DNA of 64,000 nucleotides from a bacterium (GTDB lineage Bacteria; Margulisbacteria; Marinamargulisbacteria; JABIPA01): NCBI GenBank assembly GCA_018698675.1, contig JABIPA010000023.1, positions 106,937 to 170,936 of the forward strand, read 5' to 3'. Shown piece by piece: positions 59,101 to 64,000 of this stretch (position 1 is its first letter; each line of letters starts with the position of its first letter). The notes under the pieces were generated by a model. It saw only the letters and a program-made list of their open reading frames with translations, ran no database searches and was not told where the DNA came from. The position numbers and the translations under genes were made by a program.

Positions 59101-62078
59101 TGAGTGCTAAGATCTATTTCATGGGGTCTGATGTTCTAAAATATAAAAGTCTAGGAAATACGTTTTTAACGAAACAAACTCCAAAACGACAACTGATTGA
59201 AGAACGAGAATTTGACCTTTCGGATACTCATTCAACGTTTAACTTTTTACCTCCGCATGCAGGTGCATATTCAATCGTTTTTAATAGCGAAGATGTTAGA
59301 GGAAATATCGTTAAATCATCGAGGGTATTTAACGCATATGGGCACGGTGACCCTAATTGGCAACTATACGACCATGACCGTATCGATTTAGAGCCAGATA
59401 AACCAAAATATGATGTAGGAGATATTGCTACTATTTTGGTTAAATCGCCTATCTCTAAAGGATCTGCGCTAGTAACGATAGAAAGAGAAGGTATTCTAGA
59501 CCAATTTGTACTTGATATAAACTCAGCGTCTCCAGTGATCGAATTTCCTATTAAAGACGTTTATTTTCCAAACGCCTATGTTTCAGTGACACTTATTCAA
59601 GGTCGAGTATCGGAACCTCCTAAATCAGGAATAGATTTGGGGAAACCTACCTTTAGAGTAGGGTATATAAATTTGAACGTTGAAAGCCCTAAACACGGTC
59701 TGACTCTTAATTTAAAGACGGACAAGGAATCTTATGAACCACGAGAAGACGTGACTTTAGATATTGATATATCAGAAATTACTGATAAGACAGGAGTTGC
59801 TGATATTGCAATCGCTGTTGTAGATGAATCTGTTCTTAACTTAGCACCAAATAAAATTTCACCTAAACATTCATTTTTTAAAACGTTGCCATTACTTGTG
59901 TGGACATCCCAAAACAGGATTCACTTTAAAGGAAGACGACTTTACGGGCAGAAAGGTATTTCTTTGGGAGGTGGTGGTGGAAACACATCATTAAAGGGTG
60001 CCAGAGATTTATTTTTAAATAGTGTGTATTGGAACCCATCAGTTAAGACCGATAAAAATGGTAAGGCTAGTGTTTCGTTTCCCGTTCCAGATAATTTAAC
60101 GACGTTTAGAGTCATTGCTTTCGCTCAAACAAAAGGGGCGAAATTTGGAGTAAGTGAGACGACGTTTAAGGTTAAGAAAGAACTATCACTGTTTACGGTA
60201 TTCCCGGATTTTTTAGTTCAGGGCGATACGTTTACGGCGGGTGTTAACATTCATAACCAAAGTGTTAAAACAGGAGTAGCGGAAGTTACTGCTGTTTCCG
60301 ATACCTTGTCTATTAAAGATAATGTGCAAAAAGTAGACATTATTGAGAAGTCTGTCGCGCCTGCCATGTTTTCTTTTAATGCAACTAAACGAGGTGAAAG
60401 TAGTTTTGGCTTCAACGCTTCTTTCCAAGACCTCGAAGATAGTATCAAGAAGACTGTTTTTGTTCATGATCCAGTTGTATATGAAACCGCTGCAAGTTAT
60501 GGCCAGCTGCGAAAAGGTGTTGTTACGTCCTCCATAAAGGTACCTGACGCAGCTGCTCCAAATTACGGACATATCAAGGTAAGTCTTTCAGGCTCAAAAT
60601 TTGCTTCTGTAGAAGGCGCTGCAAACTATTTAAAGGATTATTCTCATTATTGTCTTGAACAACAATTCTCCAAAACTGTCGGGAATATTGGGCTCACCGT
60701 GTTATCGGGAAAAGAAGCGAACGAGTTATCACTTTCTGATTCACGGTATTTAAAACATGTCTTTAGAAATACACGAAAGTATTTTGGCTCAGATAACGGA
60801 CTACGGTTTTGGCCAATGGGTCGATATTCGTCGCCATACTTAAGCTCATATATCTCTCAGGTTCTTCTCGACTATAAAGATCTAGGCTTCGACGTGCCAA
60901 AGGACTTTTTTAGAAAACTTGATTCTTATTTTAAAGGGTTACTAACGGACTCAGATCTATCTCAAGCGAATCAGCTTTTTGCATTTAATTATTTGGCAAA
61001 GAGAGGGCACGTTCGCCCGGCAACGGTAGAACGTTTATTAGCTAAAATGTCTAATTACTCTTTAACGGAAAAGCTTCTTTTTGCGGAGGGCTTATATTAT
61101 GTAAAGGGACAATCAGCTGTGGCAAAGAGGGTATTTCAAGAGTGTAAAAATTATTTGTCGTTTGAATCTGGAGAAACTTTTTTTGATGAGAAGGAATCAA
61201 CTAGATTTTCTTATATGATTCATCCTCGTTTATATTCGAATATATTAGGTTTAAAAACGATGTTAACATTTACTCCAGAAGACCCTCTTGTATTTCAACT
61301 TGCAAACTATTTATCGACTACTCAACTGAAAAAAGGGTTTTGGATGAATACGCAAGAAAATGCGCAAATGATTCTCGCGATGTTAAAATTTAGAAACCTA
61401 AAAGAATCCTCTGAAACGTCTTTCGAAACGGAGGTCTCACTAAATAACACGTCTCAAGGAAATTATTCGGTAACTAAAATTACAAGTCCTTCAAAAGACT
61501 TTGTGTCTCCTATAAAACAAATTTCAAAAGAGAGTACTCCGTTAACCTTTCGCACAAAAGGAAATGGGACTGGCTATTATCGAACTGAGGTACGATATGC
61601 TATTCCGGCAGAAGATTCAGTTGCTAAGAATCATGGCTTTCAAGTAAATAGATCCTATTTTAACTCGGATAACGAGCGTGTTGGTGTGGATTCTTTTAAG
61701 GTAGGCGAGTTGTATCGTGTATTCGTAACGATGCAGATTAACGAACGAAAAGATTTTATTGTGCTAGAAGATTTTCTTCCTGCAGGGTTCTCGATTATAA
61801 ATCCAGCTTTGGGCGGAGCAAATACACTGATTAGAAATACATTTGCGACTTATTTTAAACATCCTACATCGACATCATGGACAGAACACCTCGAACTTAG
61901 ACCGGAACGAGCATCTGCTTATTCAACGAACCTTAGGAAGGGCACCTACTCATTTAGTTACTTTGTAAGAGCCGCTCATCCTGGTAGGTTTACGGCACTT
62001 GCCCCAAAGGCGGAAGAGCTTTATAGCCCAGAGGTATTTGGAAATGGGACGTCTCAAACTATTAGCATTCGTCCTTGA
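56160..62078 (+). CDS. Bacterial alpha-2-macroglobulin
   Basis: Signal peptide, Ig-like and MG domains (ERKLYSPGE, AVVDESVL, PDNLTTFR), thioester motif CLEQ, GFWMNTQEN, DFLPAGF. Confidence 0.93.
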   Translation: MKLLKNTLITLLFAGLFMLVSGTSWNDITDKLKTLIPLQEKSVLDVINEQSDKDSENRSEDHELGSGRIVNVQSNNRSGVISLRNVKHQAKDKITTINEDERQVPSNVIELYKKVQSSSSTLTRGWPAKFTAPKPKRINTIPNTKFKSDYIASVSPVSLPFGFGKKRINFVSPTGQAGIVTQIVFDYDKNQVPVGISDAENVKFKLTPSAKGQLYFASPKRLIYQLDNALSLGTRYTVKIDSETFQFDTERPKIKKLKSEDYSTVPNNGELFIEFNQSMNMESLEKYSYFTVENDSRKIPVSITPFDPKRKYTSWHLKRFIPKNSYTIKSSIDLPKNSKIVMTVLAGAKSKNGTLSVERGINQGFRTAPEPAFLGLQNHYSERFLSPDTNLYFSFSTGVRVDDVSKSLRIYPSDGIEIKTVSSKWFSSSVYVDVVGLQTNKDYIFYFTTPIRAKGGISFVPPPYAVGVSNYLPFFQAPYGFSLQEKTDKPSVDLIHRNSKHVDVKGKNLNSAQDIARYLYKKGWGWISHKDVINYDYSKAFEFSVSSNVLAVERFSISDLLPATKYPIALEFKVENERDRVFSLSQFSNIGITSKIGRYDGLIWINKLSEGVSYPDVNINVYKQSRGKVSHLFSGVSDENGVLTTPGMERHEIDNLLITAETDSDFSFSLGNWNGGISKEDFNLYSELRKSSGLDENYYSRAQESSFNRYQEKTRSMIFLERKLYSPGETMNFKITARTVDNRKLSTIQNKELTVQIFNSKGQKVFKKDLAVDSFSSVNGNFSIPESAPLGNYRISCLDAQLSFQVQEFKTQNFDVSLSSPKTGTTAGDTIDFSGLATYLQGGVMKNVDVTTWIKQSSSNFRPKGYPFYSFTYSPNDEGKQSIYKSSETLLNKTIKTNKDGLFNTEVPTKKWNRASRVVANFTVQDIQGERQTKSQSADIHPADYYLGISHSKSLVQAGQSMSLNLIAVKPNGEKVPTVTVSAKIYFMGSDVLKYKSLGNTFLTKQTPKRQLIEEREFDLSDTHSTFNFLPPHAGAYSIVFNSEDVRGNIVKSSRVFNAYGHGDPNWQLYDHDRIDLEPDKPKYDVGDIATILVKSPISKGSALVTIEREGILDQFVLDINSASPVIEFPIKDVYFPNAYVSVTLIQGRVSEPPKSGIDLGKPTFRVGYINLNVESPKHGLTLNLKTDKESYEPREDVTLDIDISEITDKTGVADIAIAVVDESVLNLAPNKISPKHSFFKTLPLLVWTSQNRIHFKGRRLYGQKGISLGGGGGNTSLKGARDLFLNSVYWNPSVKTDKNGKASVSFPVPDNLTTFRVIAFAQTKGAKFGVSETTFKVKKELSLFTVFPDFLVQGDTFTAGVNIHNQSVKTGVAEVTAVSDTLSIKDNVQKVDIIEKSVAPAMFSFNATKRGESSFGFNASFQDLEDSIKKTVFVHDPVVYETAASYGQLRKGVVTSSIKVPDAAAPNYGHIKVSLSGSKFASVEGAANYLKDYSHYCLEQQFSKTVGNIGLTVLSGKEANELSLSDSRYLKHVFRNTRKYFGSDNGLRFWPMGRYSSPYLSSYISQVLLDYKDLGFDVPKDFFRKLDSYFKGLLTDSDLSQANQLFAFNYLAKRGHVRPATVERLLAKMSNYSLTEKLLFAEGLYYVKGQSAVAKRVFQECKNYLSFESGETFFDEKESTRFSYMIHPRLYSNILGLKTMLTFTPEDPLVFQLANYLSTTQLKKGFWMNTQENAQMILAMLKFRNLKESSETSFETEVSLNNTSQGNYSVTKITSPSKDFVSPIKQISKESTPLTFRTKGNGTGYYRTEVRYAIPAEDSVAKNHGFQVNRSYFNSDNERVGVDSFKVGELYRVFVTMQINERKDFIVLEDFLPAGFSIINPALGGANTLIRNTFATYFKHPTSTSWTEHLELRPERASAYSTNLRKGTYSFSYFVRAAHPGRFTALAPKAEELYSPEVFGNGTSQTISIRP

Positions 62079-62103
62079 AAAGGGTAAGTAAAACTTGAAA
62101 CAA

Positions 62104-64000
62104 ATGGGCAAAAAGAAATTAATTCTTTTAGTTTGTTTCATTAGTTTTCTTATTGCTTTTTTTGCGATAAAAATTATCCAAATTAACGGAATTGAATCTT
62201 TGAAACTCCGTTCTTCGATGACTATTTTAGACCGACATAACCGGCCGCTTCAAACGACGTCTACGGAGGGCGTTATACAAGCATGGATTCCTTTGAAAGA
62301 TGTTCCAATAGAATTTCAAAATATTTTAATATTTTCTGAAGATAAAGGGTTTTATTACCATTTCGGGTTTGATCCAAAAGCAATTCTGAGATCTTTTTAT
62401 CTAAATATAAAGAATGGAAGAGTTGTTTCTGGTGCATCAACGATTACCCAACAACTTGTTAGAGTTGGCTCGAATGACCCAAAGAGAACCGTGTATCGAA
62501 AGATAAAAGAAACCCTTCTAGCAATAGGATACGAAATTAGGTACTCAAAAACACAAATATTAGAAGCGTATATTAACTCCGTATATCTAGGGCACAGTAG
62601 GGTAGGTTTTTCCTCTGCAAGTCATTTCTATTTTGATACCCCTCTTCATGCCTCGTCATTGTCCGAATCGGTTCGACTCATTTGTTTGTTAAGATCACCT
62701 CATTATTTGGATCCTTTTAAATATCCTGAGCGACTCAAGCGGATATCAACAACCCTTCTTGAAAGGGCTAAATCAAAAGGTGTTATATCATTAGAATTGT
62801 TAAATCATGCGAAACGGACACACGTATCTTATTTCAAAAAACAAGCGAATCGTGAAGCGGAACATTTCACCCAGTTCTTATTAAATGACATTCCTAACTC
62901 TAAGAGATATGGAACAGTTCGCTCCACATTAGATTTAGAACTTCAAAAAAACGTGTCCCGAATTGTAAACGACGAAATATCGAAACTTTCTAATTTAAAC
63001 GTTACGAATGCATCGTGTTTGGTTGTTGACGTTCATACAGGAGACGTTCTTGTTTACTTGGGGTCGAAAGCGTTTCATGATATTGAATCATCTGGTCAAG
63101 TTGATGGAGTTCAGGCCTTAAGACAACCAGGGTCTACTTTAAAGCCATTTGTATATGGTCTGGCTTTGGAGGAATCATTTTCTCTAAACACACTTGTTCC
63201 TGACTTGCCTTTGGAGTTCCACGGAGAGGGTGGTCACTTTATTCCTCAAAATTATGCGGAATCATTTTCTGGAATGGTTTCGCTTAGAACTGCTTTGGCA
63301 AATTCCTTGAATATTCCTGCTTTATATATTTCTCAAAAGCTAGGAGTCGAGCCGGTTTTGGAAAGACTACGAGCGGTAGGCCTGAACTCATTATCTAAGG
63401 ACCCTAACTACTATGGACTGGGCATCGTTTTAGGAAATGGCGAAGTGACAATGTGGGAACTCGCACATGCTTATCTTGTACTAGCTAGGGGTGGTACTCA
63501 AATCCCTCTTAAGATTCAATCCAAAAACCAAGAAACGCAATCAACAATCGTATTGGACGAACGAATCGTATATTTAATTAACGATGTATTGTCTGATAAC
63601 AATGCTCGCGACCTGAGTTTTGGATTGAATTCACCTCTATCTCAGTCATTTCCAGCGGCTGTTAAAACAGGTACGTCGACAAATTACAGAGATAATTGGA
63701 CGATAGGTCACACACCCGACTATTTGGTTGCTGTTTGGGTAGGGAATTTTGATGGATCACCAATGCAAAACGTATCGGGAGTAAGTGGTGCAGGTCCTAT
63801 ATGGCATCGCGTGATGAAAGAAGTTGTTGGAAGCAGAAAATCAGAATTCACCCCTACAGATGATGTATTTAGTCGAGTTATATGCTCGGACTCCCACATG
63901 TTGCTTGGAACCCATTGTTTGGCAACAATGACTGAAGTATTCACCTCAGACATGTTAAATAGTCAGCGCGTATGTACGCCTAAAGAGCATGTACATTCCG
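62104..64000 (+). CDS. pbpC: Penicillin-binding protein 1C (partial, runs off the window end)
   Basis: Not in the ORF track because it has no stop. Manual translation gives SEDKGFYYHFG, SGASTITQQL, RQPGSTLKPF, NSLNIPA, KTGTS; follows the A2M gene as usual. Confidence 0.92.
   Translation, partial: MGKKKLILLVCFISFLIAFFAIKIIQINGIESLKLRSSMTILDRHNRPLQTTSTEGVIQAWIPLKDVPIEFQNILIFSEDKGFYYHFGFDPKAILRSFYLNIKNGRVVSGASTITQQLVRVGSNDPKRTVYRKIKETLLAIGYEIRYSKTQILEAYINSVYLGHSRVGFSSASHFYFDTPLHASSLSESVRLICLLRSPHYLDPFKYPERLKRISTTLLERAKSKGVISLELLNHAKRTHVSYFKKQANREAEHFTQFLLNDIPNSKRYGTVRSTLDLELQKNVSRIVNDEISKLSNLNVTNASCLVVDVHTGDVLVYLGSKAFHDIESSGQVDGVQALRQPGSTLKPFVYGLALEESFSLNTLVPDLPLEFHGEGGHFIPQNYAESFSGMVSLRTALANSLNIPALYISQKLGVEPVLERLRAVGLNSLSKDPNYYGLGIVLGNGEVTMWELAHAYLVLARGGTQIPLKIQSKNQETQSTIVLDERIVYLINDVLSDNNARDLSFGLNSPLSQSFPAAVKTGTSTNYRDNWTIGHTPDYLVAVWVGNFDGSPMQNVSGVSGAGPIWHRVMKEVVGSRKSEFTPTDDVFSRVICSDSHMLLGTHCLATMTEVFTSDMLNSQRVCTPKEHVHS

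Noticed and set aside
63720-63953. 77-aa minus-strand ORF
   Set aside because: Antisense to the pbpC transpeptidase domain
56160-64000. Alpha-2-macroglobulin plus pbpC as a novel system
   Set aside because: A well-described conserved gene pair in diderm bacteria

Overview
AT-rich chromosomal segment from a diderm bacterium (outer-membrane beta-barrel paralogs, alpha-2-macroglobulin plus PbpC). Housekeeping genes include rlmD, trmJ, an ABC-F ATPase, tRNA-Gln, a K+ channel, an ArfB-like factor, a cold-shock protein, nnrS, putA, mnmD and a GST. There is also a visibly GC-richer 8-gene surface-glycosylation operon at 24187-32614. Between these lie about nine orphan ORFs with no N-terminal Sec signal, most of them large and several carrying eukaryote-like or host-directed domains. 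They are: a class I terpene-cyclase / OTU-like / ankyrin fusion; a pseudokinase; a nucleotidyltransferase-like membrane protein; a PP2C-like phosphatase; a GH18-repeat-TM protein; a propeller/PT-repeat-TM protein; a paralog pair; and a small orphan. Five share a short N-terminal motif, M-x(0-3)-[YFL]-K-[VIL]-[LIM]-[AS]-[LIS]-[NS]. Three have identically spaced sigma28-like promoters, and two share a putative LuxR operator next to a membrane-bound LuxR sensor. Together these suggest an undescribed secreted-effector repertoire of a host-associated or predatory bacterium. This is inference: no secretion apparatus is encoded in this window. All calls come from reading motifs by eye; no database searches were run.
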